DNA of 64,000 nt, taken from IMG/VR virus record IMGVR_UViG_3300050821_006280, positions 45,559 to 109,558 of that record; one strand, 5' to 3'. Below, piece after piece: positions 9,402 to 19,157 of the stretch; position 1 is the first letter of the stretch, and every line of letters starts with the position of its first letter. The notes below the pieces were generated by a model. That model was not told where the DNA came from, did not search any database, and saw only the letters and a program-made list of their open reading frames with translations. Source of the stretch: a virus. The position numbers and the translations under genes were made by a program.

Positions 9402-10273
9402 GTCTTGATCTCAAAGCAATAATCCCGCGCCTTGCAGCCGATCGCACGCGGGCAGCTGTAATCAGCGCAGACCATCCGCTCGGGAGCTATCCCGCCGACA
9501 ATACCCCCTCTGATCTGCTTAATCGCCTGGTGAACACGCTCGATCACCTCTGGATCGAAATTCATATCGTGCTCAACGATGAAGGTCCCCTTCGCGCCGT
9601 TTTTGTTGAAGTAGACGATCTTCGCCTTCTTCAGACCCGTCAGCCACAGATAACACTGAGCTTGGATCACATGTACGAAGTCTGGAGAATCTTTGTACTT
9701 ATAGAAATTCCTGTCATTGGCGCTCTTGAACTCCAAGAGCCACACGTCCTCGCCGACCGCAAGGTATCCATCTGGGTGACCGCCGATCTTCCACTCGTCA
9801 TTGCCAACAAATTCTTCGACATACAAGAAGGCGTTCGGATGTGATCCTTGCTCAGGACGGCCATTGACCCGAGGCGCATCTCCAGCAACGGCACCACAGC
9901 GGATGCATCGCGTTGGCATCGCCACTAGGCCACGTTCTCTTCCCCCGTAGATCTCGCCGCACCATGTGCACCGCCAAGCCCCCACGAGCAGCCCGGTTGG
10001 TCCTACGGCGCGATTCTGCATCATCCAATGGACTGCATGGCCGAGAGCGAAGTTGATCCCCTGATCGCCAGTGATGTCTTCCTCGCGCATGATGTCGTGC
10101 TTAGCCACGAGCACTTCTTCGCGAGGACACATAGAACCGATTCCCGAGACGCGTATCCAGTCATCTTCCCGAAGCGGATGTTTGACCCGGTGCTCAGCCA
10201 ACGCCCCATGGATCAGAGCTACAAGGCTGACATCCGTTTCGTTCTTCCGACGAATAACCGTGACAAGCGCCAT
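9398..10273 (-). CDS. Cas4-like PD-(D/E)xK exonuclease
   Basis: GHPDG, LLEFKS, QAQCY, terminal Cys cluster. Confidence 0.82.
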   Translation of the reverse strand: MALVTVIRRKNETDVSLVALIHGALAEHRVKHPLREDDWIRVSGIGSMCPREEVLVAKHDIMREEDITGDQGINFALGHAVHWMMQNRAVGPTGLLVGAWRCTWCGEIYGGRERGLVAMPTRCIRCGAVAGDAPRVNGRPEQGSHPNAFLYVEEFVGNDEWKIGGHPDGYLAVGEDVWLLEFKSANDRNFYKYKDSPDFVHVIQAQCYLWLTGLKKAKIVYFNKNGAKGTFIVEHDMNFDPEVIERVHQAIKQIRGGIVGGIAPERMVCADYSCPRAIGCKARDYCFEIKT

Positions 10274-10572
10274 AGGAACCCTCTCTTTTTCCTCGTGATC
10301 GAAGCAAGTGTCTGGACACTTCGGATCGTGTCATCGCAGAGGATCGTCGCCTCCTCTGCGGTCAGCTGGTATCCACAGCTCAGGCACTCAAAGAATCGCT
10401 CGCTCTCTCGCCACTCCAGCCGATCAGCACATGTCACGCACTGGTACCATGGCGCAAGGCCAGGATTACCCTCCTCGGGTGGCAAATAGGTCACACGGAT
10501 CTCGACAGCCGCGTGCGGCTTGACCATGAATCTCTCTCGGTACTTCACGAGATCAGCCACTGACGGCTCCAT
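10219..10572 (-). CDS. zinc-ribbon protein
   Basis: CVTC...CLSC. Confidence 0.6.
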   Translation of the reverse strand: MEPSVADLVKYRERFMVKPHAAVEIRVTYLPPEEGNPGLAPWYQCVTCADRLEWRESERFFECLSCGYQLTAEEATILCDDTIRSVQTLASITRKKRGFLWRLSRLFVGRTKRMSAL

Positions 10573-11410
10573 TGAACAACCCGAGCTGTCGACGATCCTG
10601 CATTGGTGGGATCGCGGTGATAATCACCTCGTCAACATCTTTTCGACTCTCTGCGGTTTTCCCGATCTTATGTCTGACCTTGATGATATCGATCTGAGAC
10701 CAGCTGCTATACAGGCCACGGATACTCTCGCAGTCGATGTTGGATGAGAACACGCTCACGCCTCTCTTCACGGCGGACTGAAGACGACGTGCTAGCTGAC
10801 GCTGATCTTTCTCCGTAAAGCTACGACCAGCGTATCTGTCATACGTCCCCCAGTATGGAGGATCAGCAAAAACCACATCGCCCTTGTGCGTTGCACGGAG
10901 TACTAAGCTGTACCCGTTGGAATACAGCGAAGCGCGCCCGAGCAAATCAGAAGCCCGACGTAGCTCCTCGCGAGGAGGAAACGTCGGCATCTTCTCCATC
11001 TTGCCCCAGGCGGCGTTGAACCACAGCTCCTCGTTCAACCGGAACAAGCCGTTGAAACAAGTGCGATTAAGATACAGCAGTCGAGCCGCAAACTTCACTC
11101 CGTAGTCGTGACCGTTCCACTCCTTCTTGAGAGCGTCATAGGTCTCTTTACAGAAAGGCAACTCCTGTAAGCGATCTAGCTCGTCACTTACCGCGTCTGG
11201 CTCACGACGAAGCGCCTCATAAAACGCCATAAGAGGCTTGCAGATATCAACCAAGACTGCCTTCTTAGGTTCCAGGTGAAAGAAGACAGCTGCCCCGCCA
11301 GCAAAGCACTCGACATATCGTCCCCTGTCGTCCATATAGGGACGAATACGTTGTGCAATATTCTCAGCAATTCGGCGCTTACCGCCAGGCCATTTCAACA
11401 GCGGATTCAT
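10553..11410 (-). CDS. dam: Dam-family DNA adenine methyltransferase
   Basis: LLKWPGGK, ECFAGGAAV, YLNRTCFNGL, DPPY. Confidence 0.9.
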   Translation of the reverse strand: MNPLLKWPGGKRRIAENIAQRIRPYMDDRGRYVECFAGGAAVFFHLEPKKAVLVDICKPLMAFYEALRREPDAVSDELDRLQELPFCKETYDALKKEWNGHDYGVKFAARLLYLNRTCFNGLFRLNEELWFNAAWGKMEKMPTFPPREELRRASDLLGRASLYSNGYSLVLRATHKGDVVFADPPYWGTYDRYAGRSFTEKDQRQLARRLQSAVKRGVSVFSSNIDCESIRGLYSSWSQIDIIKVRHKIGKTAESRKDVDEVIITAIPPMQDRRQLGLFNGAVSG

Positions 11411-11688
11411 CGTTTGATCCCCATCATCGTGAACTGAGTCGGTGCAGACTCGGCTCCATCTGGATAAACGAAACACATGCCTGACCACACACTGGCGCGA
11501 ATGTGATCCCCGGCGAGATTTGTCAGTTGCTCGATGAAATACTGGATATCGTCGGCCGTTCCGATCATCTCAACGGGTACTCCGAATCCTTCTCCGGCCT
11601 GAAGCGCGATCAGAGCTTCCTGTTGAAGACGCTTGAGAATACGAAGCTTCTTCCCTGCTGCCCACCATCGCTTCAGACCGGAGAACAT
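11407..11688 (-). CDS. hypothetical protein
   Basis: Coupled to neighbours. Confidence 0.6.
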   Translation of the reverse strand: MFSGLKRWWAAGKKLRILKRLQQEALIALQAGEGFGVPVEMIGTADDIQYFIEQLTNLAGDHIRASVWSGMCFVYPDGAESAPTQFTMMGIKR

Positions 11689-11927
11689 TAGCCAGCCTTG
11701 ATCCTTCCTGTAGGGCCAATGGGAATCACGAACAGCGTCTGCCACATCTCGCTGGAATTGAAATGCACCGCGATCTGGCTCACCGTGTACGCGATCACTT
11801 CCCCGTTCTCGCTCGTCTCATCGAGAACGCGCGTCCCAGGATTGTCAACGAGCGGCAGATCTCCGCTCCATATTACCTTGCCCTCTTCTCCATAGCTCCC
11901 GCCAGCAACTCTGATCTTTGTCTTCAT
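11688..11927 (-). CDS. hypothetical protein
   Basis: Coupled to neighbours. Confidence 0.6.
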   Translation of the reverse strand: MKTKIRVAGGSYGEEGKVIWSGDLPLVDNPGTRVLDETSENGEVIAYTVSQIAVHFNSSEMWQTLFVIPIGPTGRIKAG

Positions 11928-12295
11928 TCGCCTTGTTCCTTGTACCAGTCGATCAGCTCTTTGAGAAATGGAGCTGGAACAGCAACCCAGTCCTTCTCAA
12001 TCAGCGGCGGCATGGCATTAAATTCTAGAGACAATGCCGGAACACGACCAGAACCCATAGCCTCACGGCTGATCTTGATCAGCCACTTCTTGTCTACTCG
12101 AATAGTCTCTTGTTCCGTTCTCTTGCACTCAGTCAGCAGCTCAGTCGTCTTCACATCGCCCTTATGGAAGACAAGCGCACCCGAGCCTTTTTGGACCTTG
12201 CCTCCCAGTTTCTTCGCGACCCGCTTTTCCTGAAACTTTGATTTCTTTCGTTTCTGGTAGTTCGGATCATCCTTCATGTATGTCGGCAAGCCCAT
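11924..12295 (-). CDS. Hjc-like PD-(D/E)xK resolvase/nuclease
   Basis: QEKRVAK...GSGA...KGDV...TECK. Confidence 0.75.
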   Translation of the reverse strand: MGLPTYMKDDPNYQKRKKSKFQEKRVAKKLGGKVQKGSGALVFHKGDVKTTELLTECKRTEQETIRVDKKWLIKISREAMGSGRVPALSLEFNAMPPLIEKDWVAVPAPFLKELIDWYKEQGE

Positions 12296-12296
12296 G

Positions 12297-13448
12297 TTAA
12301 ACTGCCAACAGCACGGGCATCAGCTCATTGCGAAACTCTTCGTAGGCTCCACGATTCTGCATGAAGTGCTTCGCGAGCGCAGATCCACCTCGATAGGGCT
12401 CTCCCTTCCACGACCTCATGGAACCATTGACATCGACGAGACCAGCCTTCTCGCCCATATCAATTGCCCACTCTTCGTCAAGGACATCACCAACGTTCTT
12501 TACCTCTGTCTTCGACAGGACGAGCTTGTATTCGCCTTCCATCTTGGCTGGCGCTGTCTTGTTCTTTTCGATCTTGAAGCGCATCTCAGCAGAAAGCGGC
12601 TTCCCTGTGATCTCATCCATCACGTACTTGCCAGATGAGCAGCGCACCTCAACAGACGTGGCGAAGCCTTGGGCCATTCCGCCAGGCACCGTCTCCGGGT
12701 TCCCAAACATAACGCCCACCTTCATGCGTAGCTGATTCGTCAGCCAGATCGTTGGGCGACGCCCTTCCTGTTGGGCAATCAGGTTTACACCACTGACAAA
12801 CTTGCGGAACATGACGCCATTCAATCGAGCCTGTGTTCCGACGGTCTGCTCGGTCGACGACTTCTCCGTCTCGACGAACGGTGTCATAAAAGCAATGGAA
12901 TCAATCACGATGATATCGACCTCGCCAGTACGCAGCATTGAATCAGCTGTGTCGATCGTCTGCTCAGCCGTCGATGGCTGTGTGAGGATCACATCTTCGG
13001 CCTTGAGAAATTTTGCCGCCCATTGGTGATCCCACACTCCTTCGACATCGAGCCAGCCGATGACAACCTTTCGATTATCGCCGCACTTGCACTTCGGCTT
13101 GCCACCTTCGACATCGGCTTTGGGGAACGTCCAGCACAGCGAACACAGCCGCTGGGCGATCCCTCCTGCGCGAAGATACTTCGTGCTCTTGGATGAGGAT
13201 TTCGGACCAAAAAGAAGGCTGACGCGGCCAACAGGTAGGCCACCGCCGAGCGCATAGTCGACCTGAAAGATGCCGGTCGGGATCCGCGCCAGCTCCTTCA
13301 CGTCGAAATCATTGGCCTGGTAGATGGCGCGCTCACCGAACTTCTTGGTAGTTGCTTTGATCAGCTCCGAGAGCTTCGCCTCTCGTGCCTTGATCGGGTC
13401 AAGCGCCTCTGTTCCCTGGTCTACTTCTGCCGCCTTCTTCTTCGCCAT
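12297..13448 (-). CDS. recA: RecA/UvsX recombinase
   Basis: RIPTG..VDYALGGGLPVGR, IVIDSIA, NQLRMKVGVMFGNPETVPGG, EKNK. Confidence 0.93.
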   Translation of the reverse strand: MAKKKAAEVDQGTEALDPIKAREAKLSELIKATTKKFGERAIYQANDFDVKELARIPTGIFQVDYALGGGLPVGRVSLLFGPKSSSKSTKYLRAGGIAQRLCSLCWTFPKADVEGGKPKCKCGDNRKVVIGWLDVEGVWDHQWAAKFLKAEDVILTQPSTAEQTIDTADSMLRTGEVDIIVIDSIAFMTPFVETEKSSTEQTVGTQARLNGVMFRKFVSGVNLIAQQEGRRPTIWLTNQLRMKVGVMFGNPETVPGGMAQGFATSVEVRCSSGKYVMDEITGKPLSAEMRFKIEKNKTAPAKMEGEYKLVLSKTEVKNVGDVLDEEWAIDMGEKAGLVDVNGSMRSWKGEPYRGGSALAKHFMQNRGAYEEFRNELMPVLLAV

Positions 13449-13457
13449 ACTATCCCC

Positions 13458-13829
13458 TTACAGAGGGTTGACTTTCTTGGACTTGTCCTGAAATGTCCTG
13501 ATGAGCGACTTCTCGTGCTCGATCTTTTTCTCAACCCAGGACTGCACAAATTTCGCAGTCTCTTCCACCTCTTCTTTGTAACAAGGCATCGTGAGCTGAA
13601 TGTTGATCTTCGCTGACTCCCAATTACCCAGGTTGATGGTCAGCCCAACAGCAACACTGACCTTCGCCGGCTCAGTGACGAACCTATGGACCGCCAGCAT
13701 TTCCTCTTCGGCTGTGGATTCTGGATCGGCAGCTTTGTCTCCATTTCGAGAGACAGTCCTATTGACAATAGCCGTCGAAGCACGAGCGATTAGCTCATCC
13801 ATTGGCGACTTTTCCATCGTTCTCTCCAA
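13458..13829 (-). CDS. hypothetical phage protein
   Basis: GLTINLGNWES motif; RBS. Confidence 0.7.
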   Translation of the reverse strand: MERTMEKSPMDELIARASTAIVNRTVSRNGDKAADPESTAEEEMLAVHRFVTEPAKVSVAVGLTINLGNWESAKINIQLTMPCYKEEVEETAKFVQSWVEKKIEHEKSLIRTFQDKSKKVNPL

Positions 13830-14382
13830 TCTCTAAAGTTGCGTCGATATCAACGCCTATACCCTTCCATCCATTTACGATCTCTTCGTGGAAGGTACGG
13901 TCGGAGATCGAAATGGTGCCACTCCTTGCTTCCATCGCAGATCGGACCACTGCGATCATTTCAGACGTATAGAGGCGCTCCTGCTTGTTCCTTCCAACCA
14001 GCGTAAACGGTGTCCTTGGCAGAACCCCTGATCTTTCCCATTGATGTACAGTTGGAACGCTTCTGCTGATTGCACGAGCAAAATAGCCCACGTGCACGAG
14101 TTGCTTTAGCGTTAGTACACCGTTGATCGGCACATTGATAGCGACTGGCTTCCGATGGCGTGGGATACGCACCCTCGGCTTAGGGATCTTCTTGGCCTCA
14201 GCCGACTTCTTCTCGCGATAAGCACGATTTTGTTCGAGAACTTTCTGTTTGTATTCAGGATCGTTCTCATACCGCTGACGACGCTTCTCGGCCAACTCGG
14301 CGGCATGCTTTGCATACCAATCCTTGTAACTCCAAGTCGTCTGATCGTCCTTACCGTTTTTCATCACATACTCCGCGATCAA
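13795..14382 (-). CDS. MerR-like HTH DNA-binding protein
   Basis: VGYFARAISRSVPTVHQWERSGVLP...RLYT. Confidence 0.7.
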   Translation of the reverse strand: MIAEYVMKNGKDDQTTWSYKDWYAKHAAELAEKRRQRYENDPEYKQKVLEQNRAYREKKSAEAKKIPKPRVRIPRHRKPVAINVPINGVLTLKQLVHVGYFARAISRSVPTVHQWERSGVLPRTPFTLVGRNKQERLYTSEMIAVVRSAMEARSGTISISDRTFHEEIVNGWKGIGVDIDATLEIGENDGKVANG

Positions 14383-14429
14383 CCTTTGCGGGGCGCTCTC
14401 CTGTTGTCAAGAAAGACTCCGTATCCACT

Positions 14430-15776
14430 TCACCCATTAACAGCCACTGCTTGCTGAGGATAGAACCTCGCATATGCGCGATCTCTACACTCGGCATATT
14501 CCTTACAGAGCGGGATCTGGTCTGCTCGGATATCAACGATCACTGGGTCCTTCTTGCCTGGATAGGCCGTCAGTGCCCAGCCGACAGGAGCTTCTGGAGT
14601 CTTTATTGGAGACGCCAGCACAACTGTGTCAATCGCCGGGATGTCGAGAGTCTTCGCCGAAGTCTTGTAGGACGCAAAGATCACATCTGCCACTGAAGCT
14701 GCCTCAATGTCAGAGTCAAGCATGTCTTCAGTGATATGATCCGTTTTGATAATCCGATCCTTAAACTGCGTCTCTACCTCAGTCCTGAGACGCTTCAGAT
14801 GATCGAACGTCTCCGAAAACACGACAATCTTCCGACGGGCTGCTAGTGCCTGAACAATCTGATTTGTAACCTCTTGGTTGTAATTAGTGTTCTTAGAGAC
14901 CACTTCAACCACAAGCTCACGCGACGCCAGCTGCGGATTGAAGTATGGATGCGTGATCCTAAACGACGTGAAAACCCTTCTGATTTTCGGCGTCAGTCGC
15001 TGCACTTGGCTCGTATATAGACGACGGCCAAGGTGATACTCAAAGACCTTGTCTGCCTTGTCATCGCGTGCAGGCTTGGAAGATAAGCCCAGGCGCTTCC
15101 CCGCGTGGAAGAAGCCAATAGCCCTTGAAAAGTTGGCTGGGTCTACGGAGTGACACTGGTCGACCACGACTAATCCAAAGCTTCGCTCTATCGACTCGGG
15201 CATCGTTTCCTTGACGACTTGCGACGCCACGCCATCAATCGGCGCCACGACCACATGACATCCATCAATCTCCCACTTACGATTTGCGAGCTGGCCGACC
15301 TTCATTGTTGGGCAACGCTCGTTCAATCGCTTTTTCCACAACGCAAGTCGCTGAGTGCTATTGACCAGAATCACCGTCGTTGTCTTCAGGCGTGTGATTG
15401 CTTCGATGGTGGTGTTAATCTTCCCCCAGCCCGGCGGGGCGTAGACGATTCCTCCCGTGACCTCACGAGATGCAAGCGACGCAATCAGCATTCGCAAAGC
15501 AGTCTCGTTCTCATCTACAACCTTTAGTGCCGGCTCTACATCAGCGAACTCGGTTCCGGTGCTATGAGCCAATCGGATCTCGTGCTTGCGCGTGAGCTTA
15601 CTGTAGAAGAATTCACGAGCGATCCCGAGTCGACCTTCCTGTTCAAGGAAGCAGTTGACGAGAGAGCAATCCTGCCCGACGCGGGGTACGGCCAGTTGAC
15701 TCTTGAGCCAGCCAAGCTGAACAGGCTCAAGCTCCGATGTCGAGATCCATGCATATCCAGCGATGACGACTTCCAT
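14430..15776 (-). CDS. SF2 helicase-like protein with degenerate motifs
   Basis: APPGWGKI, VVVDQCH, LGLSSKP, LDIPAIDTVVL. Confidence 0.8.
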   Translation of the reverse strand: MEVVIAGYAWISTSELEPVQLGWLKSQLAVPRVGQDCSLVNCFLEQEGRLGIAREFFYSKLTRKHEIRLAHSTGTEFADVEPALKVVDENETALRMLIASLASREVTGGIVYAPPGWGKINTTIEAITRLKTTTVILVNSTQRLALWKKRLNERCPTMKVGQLANRKWEIDGCHVVVAPIDGVASQVVKETMPESIERSFGLVVVDQCHSVDPANFSRAIGFFHAGKRLGLSSKPARDDKADKVFEYHLGRRLYTSQVQRLTPKIRRVFTSFRITHPYFNPQLASRELVVEVVSKNTNYNQEVTNQIVQALAARRKIVVFSETFDHLKRLRTEVETQFKDRIIKTDHITEDMLDSDIEAASVADVIFASYKTSAKTLDIPAIDTVVLASPIKTPEAPVGWALTAYPGKKDPVIVDIRADQIPLCKEYAECRDRAYARFYPQQAVAVNG

Positions 15777-15890
15777 AGCCTGAGGCCTCACCAAAAAGGA
15801 ACAAGGCCTCAGGCCTCTGGCGGCAACGCAAAGCCTTGACTCGACCAATCCGCTCAGAAGGCCTGAGGCCCAGTTTCAGCCCAACAGGGC

Positions 15891-16691
15891 CTAGAACGGA
15901 ACGTCGTCCGTCTGCGTGCCGCCCGAGCTGCCGCCGGACGAGCCATTTGCCTGGAACCCACGGGCGCCAGACATAGCTGCCCTCATTGCAGCCGGCTCCA
16001 TCGGGGCATGAACGTTGGCATAGTTGAATGGCGGAACGGAAGCTGGGATCTCTCCCGTCTCTGGGATCTGGAAGTGATGAGCAAGATAGCGGCGAACTCG
16101 TGCCGAGGTTGGGTCCGACGGGTTGTTCGCTGCGTCGATCATGTCCTTCAGCTTCTTGCCCTTGTACGAAACGACTTCGTAGAGCTTGACCATATCGACT
16201 TCACGCTTGTGCTCGAAGTCATCGCCGGTGCTCGCCGAGTTGTCGTCCGTACGAAGAACCTGGAACAGCTGTCCGACCAAGCTTCCTTTTGCTTCCTTCT
16301 TGGCCTTGAGCTTGTTCAAGACCTTGGTCTTCGGCGACAGCTCGACCAGCTCGTACTTGTGTTCCTTGCCGTCCTTCGAGACGTATCCGGTCACGTCCAC
16401 GATCGTGTAGTGACCGATATACTCAGCCTTTTGAACACCCTTGGCGGCATCGCCTGGACAACCTTCGGGATTGATCTTGGAGATGCAGGTCGCGTATTGG
16501 AAGTTCTTGTCATCACCAACGCGCCAGCTGTGCTCCCAGATGCAGAACGGAGAATCGTCGATGAATACGATCTCCTTGGAGGCACCAACCTTCAACCAGA
16601 AGCGACGCGGAGCGGCACCAAGATCTCTTCGCTCCTGTTCCTTCTCTGCGCCGGCATATCCGGTTTCGTACCACGACTTGTTTGCACTCAT
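15891..16691 (-). CDS. phage-type ssDNA-binding protein
   Basis: Lies between primase and helicase genes; Gly/Ser linker and DDVPF tail. Confidence 0.65.
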   Translation of the reverse strand: MSANKSWYETGYAGAEKEQERRDLGAAPRRFWLKVGASKEIVFIDDSPFCIWEHSWRVGDDKNFQYATCISKINPEGCPGDAAKGVQKAEYIGHYTIVDVTGYVSKDGKEHKYELVELSPKTKVLNKLKAKKEAKGSLVGQLFQVLRTDDNSASTGDDFEHKREVDMVKLYEVVSYKGKKLKDMIDAANNPSDPTSARVRRYLAHHFQIPETGEIPASVPPFNYANVHAPMEPAAMRAAMSGARGFQANGSSGGSSGGTQTDDVPF

Positions 16692-16797
16692 ATGCGCCCT
16701 CCGCGCTGTAGGGGGTCCCTTATGGTGACCCGTGGTAAAGCCCAAGATCAGATCTTAGGCGAAACGAATTCCATTAAGCGCGTATGACGATCGAATG

Positions 16798-17910
16798 TCA
16801 ACCGACAAACTTAGATCGGATCTCGTCTAGATGATGGTCACTTAGCTGATCTGGATCGAGCCCATCAGGTGTCGGAAAAATCTGGGTGTTTATTCGTTTT
16901 CCTAACGAATCCGCGATCTGATTTGCGACCTTCCTGCCAGCTGCGTCTCCGTCGGGAATTATCACCAGACGATCAAACCATCGTACTATCTTCTCACGCT
17001 GGTACCTACCAAGGTCTGATCCGAGCATTCCGGTTACATTCTGTATCCCTCGGTCATCGAGCCAAATCACATCGAACATCCCCTCCACCAAAAACACTGT
17101 TCCACGACCTGAGCCATCATACGTGAGATGGTCCTCACCGAAGAGATACACCTCCTTCTTGAAGCCGGTAGCGTGCATCCATGGCGGTGGCTCCCAGTTA
17201 TCAAGGGAACACGGCAGAAATCGTCCGCCAATATTCACCAGCCTCCCGTTACGATCATACTGCGGGATCGCTATGCGTTTAGCGACTGGATGCCAACCAA
17301 GCTTCCATTTCTGTATCGCAGCGAGAGAGAGATTTCGGCCCTTCTCCAAATATAGAAGAGGGTCCACTCCAGTTGCTTCGACCCAGCTACGATCAACGAG
17401 CATCGCACGCATATCATCCATGGCTTTGACATGCGTATCTGGTAAGCTCGGCAATGCATCAGCTACTGAAAGAACGTCACCGTAGTCGCGCCCCTGCGTG
17501 TAGAGCTTTGAAATGCTATCATTCGGATCTGGCATCGCGTAGATACCGGATCCGTGTTTCAAACGTTCCAGCTGTGGAAGTGGATTGCGCTGGTCCCCGT
17601 CCTGAAGTTCATTGATGAGACGATCAATCTTATCTTTCGATTTCCTTTCAGTGTGCTGTCGTTTGATTCGATAAAGCAGGTCTTTCATCGTCCCGCGGAA
17701 CATGCATGTTCCCGACAGGCACTTGCATTTGCTCTCATCGTTATCGACGGCAAATACAGCGAACGACGGCCTCTTGTCCCGCCCCATCTTATGAGTCCAT
17801 GGTGCCAAAGGACAAGACGAACGAACGATCTGCCCCGTTGCCGTGGCTGTCGTGGTGATCCGATCCACATGCAGAGCACGTAGAATTCGTTCGATTTTAT
17901 CAGCCTTCAC
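16798..17910 (-). CDS. DnaG-type primase
   Basis: Zn finger (CPL..H...C....C), RIAIP, LVEGMFD, DGDAAG, DPD. Confidence 0.9.
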   Translation of the reverse strand: MKADKIERILRALHVDRITTTATATGQIVRSSCPLAPWTHKMGRDKRPSFAVFAVDNDESKCKCLSGTCMFRGTMKDLLYRIKRQHTERKSKDKIDRLINELQDGDQRNPLPQLERLKHGSGIYAMPDPNDSISKLYTQGRDYGDVLSVADALPSLPDTHVKAMDDMRAMLVDRSWVEATGVDPLLYLEKGRNLSLAAIQKWKLGWHPVAKRIAIPQYDRNGRLVNIGGRFLPCSLDNWEPPPWMHATGFKKEVYLFGEDHLTYDGSGRGTVFLVEGMFDVIWLDDRGIQNVTGMLGSDLGRYQREKIVRWFDRLVIIPDGDAAGRKVANQIADSLGKRINTQIFPTPDGLDPDQLSDHHLDEIRSKFVG

Positions 17911-17944
17911 CGACGATCAGTGTCGCGTTCGTCGACGAGATTGT

Positions 17945-18442
17945 CTACTTCTTAGAAGGTGATTGTGGCTGCGGCGCGGCTGGATTGATCCCCGCTCGTT
18001 CTTGATCTTGACTGTCCTTGGCGTTGGCTGGCTTTGGTGGCTGCCGTCCACCAGGCCCATCCAGCTCATAAAGCTTGGGCTCGATCATTTTGAACAAGCG
18101 CTCAAACTGGAGATCTTTATTCGAGCCCTGAAAGCCTTCACGAATATGCTGCTGGTTCCGGGTCCAGCCTTTGCCAGTAAGCCTGATACCTTCAAGAACC
18201 TCTTGCCCGGCGGCCGGATAGAGGTATCCCTGCTTACCCAGCTGAGCACGAGCAATTTTCATTGCCCGGACTACCCCGTCGGCCCCACCGCCGGTGACAC
18301 CTTTGTTGAAGATCGCTACGACGCAATGCCGAAAGAGAGGAGGGATGTCACGCCAGCCCGGCATGACTCGATCGTAGCACGAGTAACAGCTAGCTGGCCG
18401 CGGAGGCGCTCTTTTCTTTCTTCGGGTTCGCCTTCTTGGCAT
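17945..18442 (-). CDS. hypothetical protein (start uncertain, possibly MPGWRD)
   Basis: ORF between primase and 18390. Confidence 0.55.
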   Translation of the reverse strand: MPRRRTRRKKRAPPRPASCYSCYDRVMPGWRDIPPLFRHCVVAIFNKGVTGGGADGVVRAMKIARAQLGKQGYLYPAAGQEVLEGIRLTGKGWTRNQQHIREGFQGSNKDLQFERLFKMIEPKLYELDGPGGRQPPKPANAKDSQDQERAGINPAAPQPQSPSKK

Positions 18443-18788
18443 TGGCCTTCTTCGTGCTCTCCTTCTTCACACCGGGGTTCCACTTGCCACCCGGCTGTCT
18501 CGCGCGATCCCGCAAGACCAACTTCTGCTCGTGGGTATAGGACCCGTCGTGAGCCGCGCAGCACATGCCATAGCGAGGAGCCCCAGGCTCCTTGCAGTCC
18601 GGCGCAATGCACGGCTTGCGCGGCCTCGGCTTCCGGGCCAACGGGACGCTGCCCACGCCCTGGGCGAGCCTGGAGAGGCGCTTCTGCACCTCCACAGCGA
18701 CCACCGAGTCCACGACTTCCGTGAACATCTTGGCCACGCTGTCCGCGAGCTGCTTGGCTGCCTGCTTCCGATCCATCTCGTCCTCCAT
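18390..18788 (-). CDS. basic Cys/His-motif protein with Lys/Ala tail
   Basis: CIAPDC...MCCAAH; KKANAKKANPKK tail. Confidence 0.65.
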   Translation of the reverse strand: MEDEMDRKQAAKQLADSVAKMFTEVVDSVVAVEVQKRLSRLAQGVGSVPLARKPRPRKPCIAPDCKEPGAPRYGMCCAAHDGSYTHEQKLVLRDRARQPGGKWNPGVKKESTKKANAKKANPKKEKSASAAS

Positions 18789-18891
18789 CTCGCCGGATAG
18801 TCCGGCCGTTGTCTCACCCAGTTCTACGAATGAATTAGGCAGACATTACAAAACAATCTGGAGATTATTTAGAGATGAACCAAGTGTCAAG

Positions 18892-19146
18892 CTAGACGTA
18901 ATCTAGAAACTCGGTATCTACTTCGTCAGATAACCCTAAAGATTTAAGCAGTTGCAACCTAAACCCGGACACTTCCTTGCCGCATTGCGGATCTCCGTTG
19001 AGATGAATTACGTAGATATCCGCTTGGGCTTTCGCAGCTCTCTCGATCCTGTATTCGAGCTTGCCAGCACGTTTGTCGAGCAATGCGATGTAGGCACTCT
19101 CGTTAGGATTGATCTTTTGCCTGCACCTAACACATCTGCCCATCAT
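18892..19146 (-). CDS. hypothetical protein
   Basis: GGAG RBS; CxxC. Confidence 0.55.
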   Translation of the reverse strand: MMGRCVRCRQKINPNESAYIALLDKRAGKLEYRIERAAKAQADIYVIHLNGDPQCGKEVSGFRLQLLKSLGLSDEVDTEFLDYV

Positions 19147-19157
19147 CCGTACTCCTG

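Noticed and set aside
9398-10273. CRISPR-Cas system suggested by the Cas4-like nuclease
   Set aside because: No repeat-spacer array or other cas genes seen; solo Cas4-like nucleases are common in phage recombination blocks.
10553-11410. GATC enrichment linked to the Dam-type methylase
   Set aside because: GATC looks frequent by eye, but I cannot compute observed/expected counts and codon usage could explain it.
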